Notes under the pieces: model-generated
Told to the model about the DNA's origin: nothing
What the model saw: the letters and a program-made list of their open reading frames with translations, nothing else
The model's database searches: none
Part shown: positions 1-11,805 of the stretch, one piece after another
Layout of the letters: every line of letters begins with the position of its first letter
Position numbering within the stretch: the first letter of the stretch is position 1
Assembly (NCBI GenBank): GCA_004431415.1
Contig: QPMI01000221.1
Location: 15,546 to 79,545, forward strand
DNA: 64,000 bases
Reading direction: 5' to 3'
From: Cyanophora paradoxa CCMP329
Taxonomy: Eukaryota > Plantae > Glaucophyta
Program-made: the position numbers and the translations under genes

Positions 1-230
1 CATTTACGTATATATACATTTGCGGCCGTGCGGGCCTTGCCAGCACTCTAGATCTAGATCTAGATATAGATTTATCATCGTATGGCGTATGCGGGCCGGG
101 GGCGCGGCGAGCCGGAGCGCGTGCAGCCAGCAGGGCTTGCGGCGCGCGTCGGCGAGCTCCGGCCGTGGGCCCGGGGCCGGGGCCCGGGGCTGGCCATGGG
201 CGCGAGGCATGTGCGAGGCGTGAGAGCGGG

Positions 231-620
231 TGCAGCTGCAGGCGGTCTTCTGCTTGGCTTGATCATGAATAAATCTAGAGGTGGGGGGCGGGGGGAGGGG
301 GAGGGGGGGCGGGGGGGGGGGGGGGGGGGGCAGAGGTAGGGGCGGGGGGGCGCTTTCAAATTTTCGGGAGCACCAGAAATCTAGATCTAGAGCGGCCTTG
401 AGGGAGGCCTGGACGTAAATGGGAAATAGCGTACCCTCAGATGCAGCTGAAGGCGGGAAGAAGTTTCGATCTGCTTGGCTTGAATAAATCCTAGAGGGGG
501 GGAGAGGGCAGAGGTAGGGGCGGGGGGGCGCTTTCAAATTTTCGGGAGCTCCAGAAATCAAGATCTAGAGCGGCCGCGGCCTTGAGGGAGGCCTGGACGT
601 AAATGGGAAACGCTGTAACC
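231..620. repeat. Diverged direct duplication (~190-bp unit x2)
   Basis: ctgcttggcttga..aataaatc..gcagaggtaggggcgggggggcgctttcaaattttcgggagc..cctggacgtaaatgggaaa occurs at ~231-430 and ~443-615. Confidence 0.85.
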
Positions 621-1047
621 CCTGGCACACGAACTGAGTCTAGCCAGGGAGAAGCGGGGGGGGGGGAAGGGGGGGAGAGGGGGGCTTTCTTACAATCACC
701 CATATGCACGGCAGCCCGGCGGCCCCCCCTCTCCCCCCCCCCTCGCCCTCACCCTCCATGAGCCAATCCGAGCACACTGACATGATCATGATCATCAACG
801 ATTATCGCAATAGTAATGATCAAGCACTAGGAATATTAAAATGAGATCTAAGCGTCGACGTCGGTCTAGATCTAGATCTAGATCTAAATCTGCGGCTGTC
901 AAGACGACACTAGCTATATAGATCAGATCCCGTCCCCCGCACGCGCCTTCTAGATCTCACTCTAGATTTAGATGTCGCTCTCAATCTAAATGGCATCGAT
1001 GCCATGATCATCATATGCAGCTGCAGGCTGCAAGGAGAGCTGGCCGT

Positions 1048-1225
1048 GGGATACAGCGTTTCCCATTTACGTCCAGGGCTCCCCTATGGCCGGGGTGTCC
1101 CGCAGAGAGGAGAGCGGGGTATAGCGTTTCCCATTATCGTCCAGGGCTCCCCTATGGCCGGGGTCCCTCGCAGAGAGGATGGCTGTGGGGGTACAGCGTT
1201 TTCCATTTACGTCCAAGGCTCCCCT
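1048..1225. repeat. ~70-bp tandem repeat x3, inverted relative to the motif at 407-428/591-620
   Basis: ta(c/t)agcgtttcccatttacgtccagggctcccc occurs at ~1052, 1120 and 1192. It is the reverse complement of cctggacgtaaatgggaaacgctgta. Confidence 0.8.
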
Positions 1226-3266
1226 TTCCCCTCGCTCTCTTCAGCCAACTGCAGGCCGACCGCATACCTCCCTCTCGCTCTCTCGACAGCTGGATGGGGG
1301 GTCGAGGAGGAGGCCCGAAAAGTCGAAAGATCTAGATCTAGCTAGGCGCCGTTCAACTCTCGCAGGCGACAATCCCAACACGATCATGTGGTGCGATTAC
1401 GATCGAGCTGGCAGGGCGCCCACATCGATCGAGCTAGCCTACTAGGCGCCTCCCAGCCACCGGCCCGGGGGCGGGACAGAAAGAATCCGAGGGGGGCAGA
1501 TCTAGAGGCGCGCGCACTGCACGGCCGCGAGAGAGAGGAGCTCCGCCACCTCCCCGCCCGCCCGGGTGCAGAGCTGGACCGCCGTGCGTGTCCCGGTCCG
1601 CTGGTGTGCGTCTCCTTTGCCTGCTCCTGCAGCTGAGCGAGGGAGCGACGAGGGGTCCCCGAGACCGGGGCGCCCGGGCCCGGGCGCGATGGGGGCAGGG
1701 CATCGAGAGCTCGAGCGAGCGGTCTCGATCGCGAGAGGGCGCACCGGTACGGCCCTGCCGAAGAGGCCGCCGTCGGCCCGGACGACGACCGAGGGCTCCG
1801 AGCGGGACCGGCCGCGGCGCGCGCGCCTCCGGTCCCGAAACCGTCCCGAGCCGGTCCAGCTCGGGGCGACGTCGAGCAGGCTGGCATTGGCCACATGCAT
1901 GGCTGGCGAGACGCGCGCAGTGCGCCTAGCTGTAGCCGTAGGCCAATGGCAAGCTCAAGGCTAGGCCATGCGCGCGCCCGACGCGCCGCGGCCGCTCGGG
2001 CTCCTCGTGCTCGCGATCGAGCCCCCGCCACTCGATTCTTCTCCGTCTGCAGCTGCAGCTGGATCTGCGCGCCGCGGCGCGCGTTACGTGGCGGCGGGGC
2101 CGACGGGGCGCATCGGCGCATGCGCACTAGCACTGCGGCAGCTGCGCATGCAGGCCCGGGGCAGGAGACGCCCACGTGCGCGTGGGACGAGCTCTGAGAT
2201 CGACAGCGCGCCCATGGCGATCTCGATTCCACGCGTTCAAGGCCGCACGGCCAGCGCATCGCCGATCTAGATCTAGATCAAGACGGCTCGAACTCGATGC
2301 TGCATGACGGCTTCACTCGCTGCGATGCCGATGCCGATGCCGATGCAATCGAGCCGATGCATGTGCCGCTCTTCCCCCGCAAGCTCGCTCGACCGCACTG
2401 GGGGCGGCCGCCCCGCGCTGTTCTCGCCGGCACGGGGCAAAGGATCCAGACTTGGAGCGTGCAGTCCGCCAGTGATCGGGCCCTAGATCTCCTTTCCGCA
2501 CGACTTAAGCGCGGGGCGCGCGGGGCCACGGGGCGGCCTCGAGCGCGAGGTGCGACTGTACCCCACTGGCCCGCCCCGCTCTCTTGGATCGGCGGCTCCG
2601 ACCCACCTCTGCGGTGCGGTACGCTCCTCTCGGATTTGGGCCCCCGTTCCGACCGGATTCGCAGACCCTGCGCCTTTCCGCAACATTCGATCCGCGAGCT
2701 ACGAGCACGCGCGATCCACCGTGGCACGCGCGCCATTTGAGAGCCGCGCTGCGAGCGCGGACGATGGCCTGCCGTCCACCGCAGCCGCCCCCGTGCGCCC
2801 CTGCCATCCGATCTGCGACCCGCGGCCATCTCGCACCTTTCTCCCTCGATGGCGTCGCCCGATCGGCCCTCCACGGTGCACGCCGGCTCTTAGAATGGGT
2901 CTGGCCGCCTCTGGAAGACGCAGCGACGCCGGGGCTCGCAGGTCGCCGAGCTGGAGACGGGAATCTCTTCTTCTTGCATCCTCGGTTCGTACGGCGCTAA
3001 GCCTCGCCGACCGCGCTCCCCGGGTCGCGCTCGCGTGCTCACCGACCCCTCAGCGGTGGCGGGGCGGCGTGGGACGCTTCGTTCTCTTCGGGGCGGGCTG
3101 GGCGGGGGGCGGCACCCGCGGGATCGGGCGGACGAGGCCGAGCGGGGGCCGATCCGTCGGCTCCGGCAGCTGCGGCGCGACCGCCGGCTCCATCCCTTTC
3201 TCTTCCCTCTTTCCGGCGCGCCCCCGTGTCCGGCGCGCCGTCCGGCCCGGTTCCTTTTGGCCGCGG

Positions 3267-6200
3267 TCACGGCCCGCGGTTCTTCCGCGGCCTCCCGCGC
3301 GCCCGCGGGGCCCCCGAGCCGCCCCGTACGGCGGCCCCCGCACGCGGCGTCGGAGGAGCGGGGGGCGAGGACGGCCCGCCCCCCAGGCCCAGCAGGTCGG
3401 AGATGCGGGCCGGGGGCGTGCGGATGTCGACGGCGCCATTGCGGGCATCGTACCTCACCGGCGCGAGGGTGCGCACGCCCGTCCACTCGCGCGCGCTGCC
3501 CTCTGAGCTCGGCGTCCAGAGCGCCCCGAACCGGCGGAGGACGGCCCAGCGCGACTCGTACTCGCCGCTCGGGAGGCGCACCATCTGCACCAGCCGGGCG
3601 AACACGGTCCGGGGCAGCGGGTCCGCCGCGTGCGTCGCCACCGCCGCCGCCACCTGCCCCGGGGGGTACGGGCTCGCGCTGACCCACCTCAGGTGCCACA
3701 CGGGCCGCGACGGCGGGTCCGCGGGCTGCGCGGCGGGGAGAGCGGGGCGCTCCGGGCCCGGAGACGCCGCGGGGGAGGCGGCCCGACGCCCCTTGGTCTC
3801 CGCCCCGCGTCCCGTCCCCGACGCCCCGCCCCCGCGGCGGGCCCTCGTGCGGCTCCCGCTGCCGTTGGGGCAGGTCTGCGCGTGCCTTCGGGCCCCCGCC
3901 GCCGTCTGAAAGGTCTGGCGTCGGTGAGACGGTGCGCGTGCGCGCGCGCGCGCTCGCTCCCCCTCGCTCGCTCGCGGAAGGGTGGGGCGGGGCGGGCTCA
4001 CCCGTCGGCAGGGCTCGCAGTACCGGCCCTCTCCGATTGCGAGGTCGAGCTCCATCTGGTCTCCCGGGTCGAGGCGCCGCCGCTGCCACGGGAACCGCTT
4101 CGGCTTTCGCGGCCGCTCCTCTTCCTCCTCTTCCTCTTCCTCCTCTTCCTCTTCCTCTTCCTCCTCTTGCTCCTCCTCCTCCTCCTCCTCTTCCTCTTCC
4201 TCCTCTTCTTTGCCGCCCTCTGTCTCGCTCCGGCTCCCGCTCCGGCTCCCGCTCCCGCTCCCGCTTCCGCTCCGGCTCTCCGGCTCCCCTCCCTTTCCGG
4301 GCGGGGTACCGCCTCCCCGCGGGGGACGGGCGGCGGTGCGCGGCGGGACCGACGTCGGCGTCGCGCCCGTCGACGTCTCGGGAGCGCGGGGCGAGCTCGG
4401 AGGCGGCAGAGGGGCGACCGCAAAGGGTACGGCGGTGCGGACGGGTACGGCGGTGGGGACGGGTACGGCGGCGGGCGCCTCGCCGGGGCCCGGCCCGCCC
4501 GGGTCCGGATCGGCGGGGAGGAGGGCCGGCGGCGAGTCGCGGTCGGCGGCCCCCGTGGACCGCTCCCGCTCGGCGGCGCGGCGGCGCTCGTGCTCCTCGG
4601 CCAGGCGCTGGAGGTACGCGACGGCGGCCGTCGCCGTGCGCTGCCGCGCGCTGGCGTCGTAGTGCGTCGTCGCCGTCTGCGGCGTGTGCGCCAGGAGGCG
4701 CGCCACGCCCTCGGTCACCGCCGCCGCCGCGTCCCCCTCGATCAGGTTCACCGCCGCCTGGTCCCGCACGTGCGTCGTGATGACCGCCCGCATCGTCTTG
4801 GCCGTCACAGGCACCCCGGTGTAGCGCACCATCACCTGCGCGCGCGCGCGCGCGGGCGCGCGGGGCGCCGGCGTCAGCGTCGGCGTCGGGATTCGAGCCC
4901 ACGCAGTAGGTTCGCTCCCCCTCTTCCCCCCCTCCCCCCCTCCCCCCTCCTCCCCCCCCCTCCTTCTCCCCCCCCCCCCCCCCCCCCCCCCCTCTTCTCC
5001 CGAGCGCACCTTTCTGACAAAGGCCGCCCAGCCGCTCTCGGAGAGGCAGGTGCCGAGGCTCGAGGCAAAGAGCCAGCCCTGGTCGGGCCCGCCCGGCGGC
5101 AGGAGGAGGGCGCGGAACCGCTCGATGTAGACGTCGAGCGGCCCCTGGAGGCAGTCGGCGATCGGCACGATCATCGCGCCGTGGGACCTGCGCGGCCCGG
5201 CCTCGGCGCGGGCGGGAGGGGGAGGGGCAGGGGGGTACGAGGGCGCGGGGGCGCGCACTTGGCCGTCTTCGAGACGAGCTCGCCGGTCTCCCCGTGGCGC
5301 ATCTCGAGGAGGCTCAGGTGCCACCGCCCGCCGTCGCGGCGCAGCGTGTGACCGATGCGCAGGCGCCGCACGACGCCGACGCGGGCCGGCGTCACCGAGA
5401 TGAACCCGATGAGCACGGCCTCGCGCAGCAGCCGGGCCTTGTCCAGCTCGAGCGGCGCCCGCTCGTACGCCGCGAGCGCCTCGACCCGCGCGGACAGCAC
5501 CGCGTCGAACGAGACCCAGTTCGGTCCGCGCGGCCGCCACCCCCGCTGCTGCTTCTTCTCCTTTTCGAGCTGCGTCTTCAGGTTCCGGAGGGGGCGCGCG
5601 TGGGGACCCTCGGAGGACCCTCCGCCCGGCCCGCCCGACGTACCCCCTCCGCCGCCGCCGCCGCCGCCGCCGCCAGAGGTGCGGGAGCAGACAAAGGTGT
5701 AGGCCTGCATGATGCTCTGCGTGTACCCCGCGAGCGTGCCGGGCGCGAGACGGCGCTCCTCGCGCAGGTACTGCAGGAAGCGGACGTAGATCTCGACAAA
5801 GTCGGCCGCGCCAGCAGGTCCATGGTGAGGGGCCCGACGCGCTCGCGCTCCTTGACGTACCCCAGCAGGCGGCCGATCGTCCCCACGTCGTTGACGAGCA
5901 CCGTGCTGCGCTCCGCCGCGCCCCCTGGCGGTCGGGTTGAGGCCGAGGTGCGCCACGCCTGAAACGCCGCCAGCTGGTTCTTCAGCTCCCGTGACATCTC
6001 CGCCTCGCGCAGGGCGTACGGCGCCAGGCGCTCCGGCTCCGGCTCGCCCCCCCCGTCGGCCGCCTCTTCCTCCTCCTCCTCCCCCTCCCCCTCCTCCTTG
6101 CCCTCTCCTCCCTCGGGGGCTTCGAGGGGCCCTGCGTCCTCGCCCTCTTCGGCCTCGGCGGACGATCCCGAGGAGCGGGAAGAGGACGAGGAGAGCGAGG

Positions 6201-8004
6201 GCGGGGCGGGGGCGAGGGCAAGGGCCCGGCGGCGCGGCGGCGGGGCGGAGGAGGAGGAGGAGGGGGAGGGCCGGGCCGGCGGAGGGCCCCCTACCCCCGC
6301 CGACGGGCGGCTCGGGGGGTACCGAGGGGGCGGCGGGGGAGGACGACGCGCTCGGCGTCGGGCAGCGAGTCCTCGTCAAAGAGGACGACCTCCTTGTCCA
6401 CCATCCCGCTCTCCAGGAGCGTCCGGTACGCCTCGCGCTTCTCCGCGATGAAGCGCCCGTTCTCCTCCGAGATCGCCGCCGACACCGCCTCGCCCTTCGC
6501 ACGTAGGCCAGGCTCCCCGCGGAGATCTCGTCGCCCAGGGAACCCCGTCATCACCTCCGTCGTGAGCGCCTCGGCGAACCAGAGCGTCCACGGCCCGCAC
6601 TGGTACCCGTCCCGACCTGCAGGCGCCCGCGCGTCTCCGTGACGAAGCGGTAGCGGGGAAAGGCGGCCTTGCAGGCGCGCTCGAGCCTGGGGTCGGGCGG
6701 GCCGCCGAGCGAGTCCCAGAAGCGCGTCTGCTTCGACGCCCCGTCCACCGCGAGGAGGGTCCAGTGGCCCCCGCTCGATCCCCCTGGGTGCGCTCCCCGC
6801 CGCGCCTCAGGTTGCCCACGCTGACGGGGCAGAGGACGCAGGTCCCGCGCTCGGCGGCGCCCAGGGCCCTGCGCGCCCGCCGCGCCTCGTCGGCGCGCGC
6901 GTACCGGAGCAGCAGCGACGTCACGATCTCGACGTGCATGGGGTAGAGGGCCTTGATCCGTCCCCCGGCGCCGGCGCGGAGCAGCAGCAGCGTGAGGACG
7001 TTGGCGATCTCGGCGTCGCGGAGCCAGCTCTTGCGGCCGAAGATCGAGATGCGGCGGGCCAGCGGGAGGGGCCGGGAGGGCCCGCAGCGGCCACGGCGGC
7101 CGGGTCCGCCCCTCGAGCACGAGGCGGGCCCTCTGGAACTCGGCGGCCAGCCCCTCTCTCCGGTCCGGCAGCGCCCCGAGGAAGCGCTCCGCCCCAGGGC
7201 GCTGACAAAGGCCCACCTGCGCGCAGATCCGTGCGTCGCGACGTCGGCCCCGAGGCCGCCGTAGTGGACGAGGGTGCGGGTGAGGAGGGCGAGCCGCTCG
7301 CGCCCCACCGTCCGCGTGCTCGCCTCGAAGCGGTGCGGCCCGCCCACCGCGAGGTCCGGGTGCCGCCTCATGATCTCCATCCGGACGCAGTTCGTGGAGC
7401 GCGAGTCCCCGTAGGCCGCCTGGGCGAGGCTCGCCAGCGGGATCCACCACTCGAGCTCCGGCACCTGCGTACCCCCCCCCCCGGCCCCCACCGTTGCCGG
7501 CGGCGATGGGAAGGGGGGTACAGGGGTACGCACCTCGATCCGCCGCGCGCGCACGGCCAGGAACCGATCCCCCGCGGCGCGCAGGACCTGCATCTCGAGG
7601 CGCTCGAGACGGGCCTGCCTCCGGCGCTCCAGCGCGGCGTAGAGCTCGGCCGCCCCGCGGTGCATGCGCCCGTCCTGCGAGCGCTCCCACGTGTTGCTCA
7701 CGATCGGCTCGACGTAGCGCAGGGGCAGGACCCGCGGCGGCCGCTCCTGCGCGTCGTGCACGTTGCGCGCGATGGCGCCCAGCGTCTCCAGGAGGAGGAT
7801 GGCGTTTTCGTCGGGCAGCGGGCGCGTCGGGACCCGGTGCGCCTCGGTGAGCGCCTCGTCGCCGCTCGCGATGCCCAGCAGACGCCTGAGCTCGGCCGTG
7901 CAGACGCAGGGGCCGGCGTCCGTCCGCAGGACCACGAGGCGGGCCGGCCCGTACGGGCCCTCGAACTCGGCCAGCTCGTACGTGTCCGTGACCGCGGAGA
8001 ACAT
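3267..8004 (-). CDS. Multidomain tyrosine recombinase: Bro-N-like x2, Ulp1/C48 cysteine protease, tyrosine recombinase, C2HC Zn finger, AT-hook (Crypton/PLV-like mobile element gene)
   Basis: GT-AG introns at 7465-7533, 5188-5258, 4836-5009 and 3915-4001. YR motifs: VTPARVG (R 5381-5383), SKTAK|SHG, GWLF, TAKTMRA (R 4788-4790), LLAHT (H 4686-4688), THYD (Y 4659-4661). Protease motifs: WLRDAEI, GHWTLLAVD (H 6764-6766), FWDSLG (D 6713-6715), and LQ-x-x-DGYQCGPW (C 6597-6599, needs one extra G in a G run). YCEPCRR|TFQTAAGARRHAQTC finger; C-terminal RGRPRK. Several homopolymer frameshifts; the start codon is approximate. Confidence 0.85.
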
Positions 8005-8101
8005 TCTCTGCTCCCCGCGGCCGCCCCTCTCCGAGGTCGGGCGCGCGGGGGCTTTTAGTCGCGGCGCCCCGGCCCCTCTCGGGCCTTTGTCGGCCCCTTA
8101 G

Positions 8102-8190
8102 TTGCAGTACCCTGAGGCCTTTGCCGGCCCGCTTCATTGCAGTACCCCTGCCTGCCTCGCGACCTCGCATTCATTGCAGTACCCCTGCCC
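8102..8190. repeat. Three direct copies of ttgcagtaccc(c)tg at ~36-bp spacing upstream of the recombinase gene
   Basis: Copies at 8102, 8137 and 8174. Confidence 0.7.
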
Positions 8191-8719
8191 GCCTCGCTTC
8201 CCCCACCTCTTTTCCCGCCCCTCGGGCCGCTTCGAGGCCTCGCTCCGCGCGCCTTGCGCGGCGCGAGCGCCGGCGCCGAGCGCGCTATCAGCGTAGAACG
8301 GCGTGCAGAGCACGCACGGCGCCTTTCCGCGCCGTTTGCGCGCGTCTGGAGCGCCCCTGGGGGGAGGGGGGCCCCCCCGGGGTCGCGATCGAGGGCCGAA
8401 AGAGGGGCCGCATATACCGCACTAAAATTAGCATCAATTAGAGGGGGTCCCCTGCATCCCTTCGACGGCCTTTGTGCGGATCCGAAAATTCATTTGACCC
8501 CTTTTTCGGGGGGGGTGGGACTGGTATGGCATGCGCGGGCGCGGCGAAGACGCCTGCGGGGCGGGCGTGGCGCCGCGGGGCTGAGCACGGCGTGCGCGCG
8601 GCAGTGCGCATGCGCAGCGGACGGAATTCGCGCGCTGCATGCATGGCCGGGCGCGCGGAAGTTCCTTTTTTTTCCTATTCTTCCCCCCTGCGCTTCTCCC
8701 CCCTGTTCATTCCCCCCCT

Positions 8720-8743
8720 AAGTTAGCCACCGGTGGCTAACTT
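8720..8743. other. Perfect 24-bp palindrome AAGTTAGCCACCGGTGGCTAACTT
   Basis: Self-complementary, high-complexity sequence ~720 bp upstream of the recombinase start. Confidence 0.9.
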
Positions 8744-8841
8744 GCGATCGAAGGGTACAGAGTTCGGCCTCGTGAAATTGATCTCATACAAAACCAACGA
8801 TGTCGTAGAACCCTAGACTATAGCTGCATGCGCATGCGGAA

Positions 8842-10455
8842 TCAGGCTATCTGCAGTCCTACAAAAGCCTTGCACCGCTGCAGTAGCCCTTTTGCCTGCT
8901 CTTCGTTCGCGAAGATGTCAGGACGCCCCGCGCGGGGCGCGCGGAACCACTCTGTGGACGTGACCACAAATGGTGCGCATGCTGTCGGATCGCGCAGGTG
9001 GTGGCCACTGCACACCACCCGACCCCAGCGCGCGCGGGGAGAACAGGACCTCCAGGACCCGGTCGACCCAACACTTCGCTTTGAATGTAGACCCGGCGGT
9101 CGTGCGCAGCCCGTTGTTACTTTTGCAAGCGTCTCGACTCGAGCGCCACCTAACAGCATATTGAGAGCAGAATCGCAAGATAAGTTGCTGTAAGAAACGC
9201 ACCGAGCTCAAGAATTGCAATTGCTTCAAAGCATTGAGCTCGTCCAGGGTCCGATCCCGGCAGTCAGGGGCGGGAGCTCGACGCTGGCGGCCGGCTCGTC
9301 GTCGTCGAAGAGGGCCGCCTGTGTAGGGCGGCCCAGCCCCTGGCGCCCTGTGAACGAAGAAGCAAAGGAGAGAGCCGCTCAGGACTCGGAAAGTAAAGAA
9401 GCTCAGAGGAAAGACGCTCGCCTTGTCGGAGTCCCGCCCCTCCCCGCACCCGGAGTCGGGCTTGACGTTGTAGTTCTCGAGGAGGGGCGGACGGCGCCGG
9501 GGTACATGAGGACCGCCTGCCGCAGGAGGGCGGCGGCGAGGGCCGCGGCAGAGGGCGGGGCGGCGCCGGCGAGGCGGGTCCAGCGTGTGCGAGAAGAGGC
9601 GCCGGAGGACCTGCCGCGCTTCAGTCTTAGAGGAGATTCGGAGGGCGCAGGGCACCAGCTCGTCGACGGGCGCGGCGCCGCCGTCCCGCGCCACGCGCAT
9701 GAGCGCGTACGCTGCGAGCCCGGCTCGGCGCCAGGAAAAAGGGGGGAGAGGCTAAGTGGGGGTACCGAGGAGTTGAGGGCGATGGGAGGAAGAGGGGCGG
9801 CTCCCGCCTCGAGAGGGCGGCTCCCGCACGAACGAGGCGGAGCGCCCGGGAGCGCCGGCGCCGCCACCAGCTCCAGAAGGAACTTGTACTCCCTGAAGAA
9901 AAATGAGGTGGGGGGGGGGAAGTTGGGGGGGGGGGGAAGGTTATGGGTACCTGGCGCGGAGGGCGAAGTAGTCGATGCACTGGAGCACCCCCATCAGGTC
10001 ACTGTCGGGTCCAGCGCAAGCAGCAGCTTGGCCGTCTCTGGAGGTACGACGTTCGGTTCGAATCCGAGTAGGGGGAAGCGGTCGAGGGGTACCGAGGGAG
10101 GTGCGGGAGCAGCCGCCGCGAATGAGCATCTGCAGGCGCCGGAAGACCAGGCCCTGGGGGTGGCGGGTGAGTCCGGAGGAGGGTACAGGTTATCCTCGGG
10201 GTACAACGGGTTCTCTGCGCACTTGTTCTCCATGACTGCGAAGTCGAGGCGGCAGGCGCCGCTCGCCGGCTTGAACTGCGGGTGCCTGCCGGGACGGAGC
10301 TCAAAACCAAGTGAACGAACTGCAGCGCAACGCATCCTCCGCCCCGCCGCGCCCGTGCCCGCGCCCCGCCCCGCACCAGGCTGCCTCGAGGCAGTAGAGG
10401 GCGCGGTCGAGGAGCTCGGTCGCCGCGTCCAGCTCGCCGCTGTACTTGTAGATCT
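8842..10455 (-). pseudogene. TCF25: TCF25/Rqc1 (ribosome quality control, DUF654) homologue, 5'-truncated
   Basis: Spliced peptides QIYKYSGELDAATELLDRALYCLEAAW|HPQFKPASGACRLDFAVMENK|..MLIRGGCSRTSL|ETAKLLLALDPDSDLMGVLQCIDYFALRAR|EYKFLL..LLRQAVLMYPGAV match the conserved TCF25 core as I recall it. No N-terminal part is recognisable and the 3' end is approximate. Confidence 0.75.
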
Positions 10456-10494
10456 GAGGCCGGCCCGCCGGCTTCAGGCCCCGGGCCAGGCTTC

Positions 10495-11805
10495 GTGTGC
10501 TCGGGGGTTCGTGTGCTCGGGGAGGGCGGGCCCGGGGCCCGGGGCAGGGCCGGGGGAGGGCGGGCCAGGGGAGGGGCGGGCCCGGGGCCCGGGCGGGCCG
10601 GGGGAGGGGCGCGCCCGGGCCCGGGCGGGGCCGGGGGGAGAGGCGGGCTGGGGAGAGGGCGGGGCCGGGGGAGGGCGGGGCCGGGGGAGGCGGAAGGCGG
10701 GGGCGGGGCCCTCCGAAGAGGGGCTGGGAGAGGGAAGGAGGTCCACGTCCTCTCTTCCCCCCGAAGAGGGCACTCCGGGGGTAGGGAGGTCCGCCTCCTC
10801 TCTCCGGGGTCAGCATGCTGCGGGTGCTCGGGGAGGGCGGGCCCGGGCCCGGGCAGGGCCGGGGGAGGGCGGGGCCAGGGGAGGGGCGGGCCCGGGCCCG
10901 GGGCGGGGCCGGGGGAGGGCGCGCCCGGGGCCCGGGCGGGGCCGGGGGAGGGCGGGGCCGGGGGGAGAGGCGGGGCTGGGAGAGGGGCGGGGCCGGGGGA
11001 GGGCGGGGCCGGGGGAGGCGGAAGGCGGGGCGGGCCCTCCGAAGAGGGGCTGGGAGAGGGAAGGAGGTCCACGTCCTCTCTTCCCCCCGAAGAGGGCACT
11101 CCGGGGGTAGGAGGTCCGCCTCCTCTCTCCGGGGTCAGCATGCTGCGGGTGCTCGGGGAGGGCGGGCCCGGGGCCCGGGCAGGGCCGGGGGAGGGCGGGG
11201 CCAGGGGAGGGGCGGGCCCGGGGCCCGGGGCGGGCCGGGGGAGGGCGCGCCCGGGCCCGGGCGGGGCCGGGGGAGGGCGGGGCCGGGGGGAGAGGCGGGG
11301 CTGGGGAGAGGGCGGGCCGGGGGGAGGGCGGGCCGGGGGAGGCGGAAGGGCGGGGCGGGGCCTCCGAAGAGGGCTGGGAGAGGGGAAGGAGGTCCACGTC
11401 CTCTCTTCCCCCCGAAGAGGGCACTCCGGGGGTAGGGAGGTCCGCCTCCTCTCTCCGGGGGTCAGCATGCTGCGGGTGCTCGGGGAGGGCGGGCCCGGGG
11501 CCCGGGCAGGGCCGGGGAGGGGCGGGCCAGGGGAGGGCGGGCCCGGGCCCGGGGCGGGGCCGGGGGGAGGGGCGCGCCCGGGCCCGGGCGGGGCCGGGGG
11601 AGGGGCGGGGCCGGGGGAGAGGCGGGGCTGGGAGAGGGGCGGGCCGGGGGAGGGCGGGGCCGGGGGAGGCGGAAGGGCGGGGGCGGGCCCTCCGAAGAGG
11701 GCTGGGAGAGGGGAAGGAGGTCCACGTCCTCTCTTCCCCCCCGAAGAGGGCACTCCGGGGGGTAGGGAGGTCCGCCTCCTCTCTCCGGGGGTCAGCATGC
11801 TGCGG
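10495..11805. repeat. G-rich tandem array, ~326-bp unit x4
   Basis: cagcatgctgcgg recurs at ~10811, 11137, 11463 and 11793. ctccgaagagg..gtccacgtcctctcttcccc is present in each unit. Confidence 0.9.

Noticed and set aside
3267-8743. DIRS retroelement or endogenous Polinton-like virus
   Set aside because: No reverse transcriptase, capsid, packaging ATPase or pPolB was recognisable near the recombinase in this window.
10800-10835. EHPQHAD in the tandem unit as the TCF25 PYHVD motif
   Set aside because: It is not followed by the expected LLQL-type helix and it overlaps a gctgac branch-point-like signal, so it may be coincidence.
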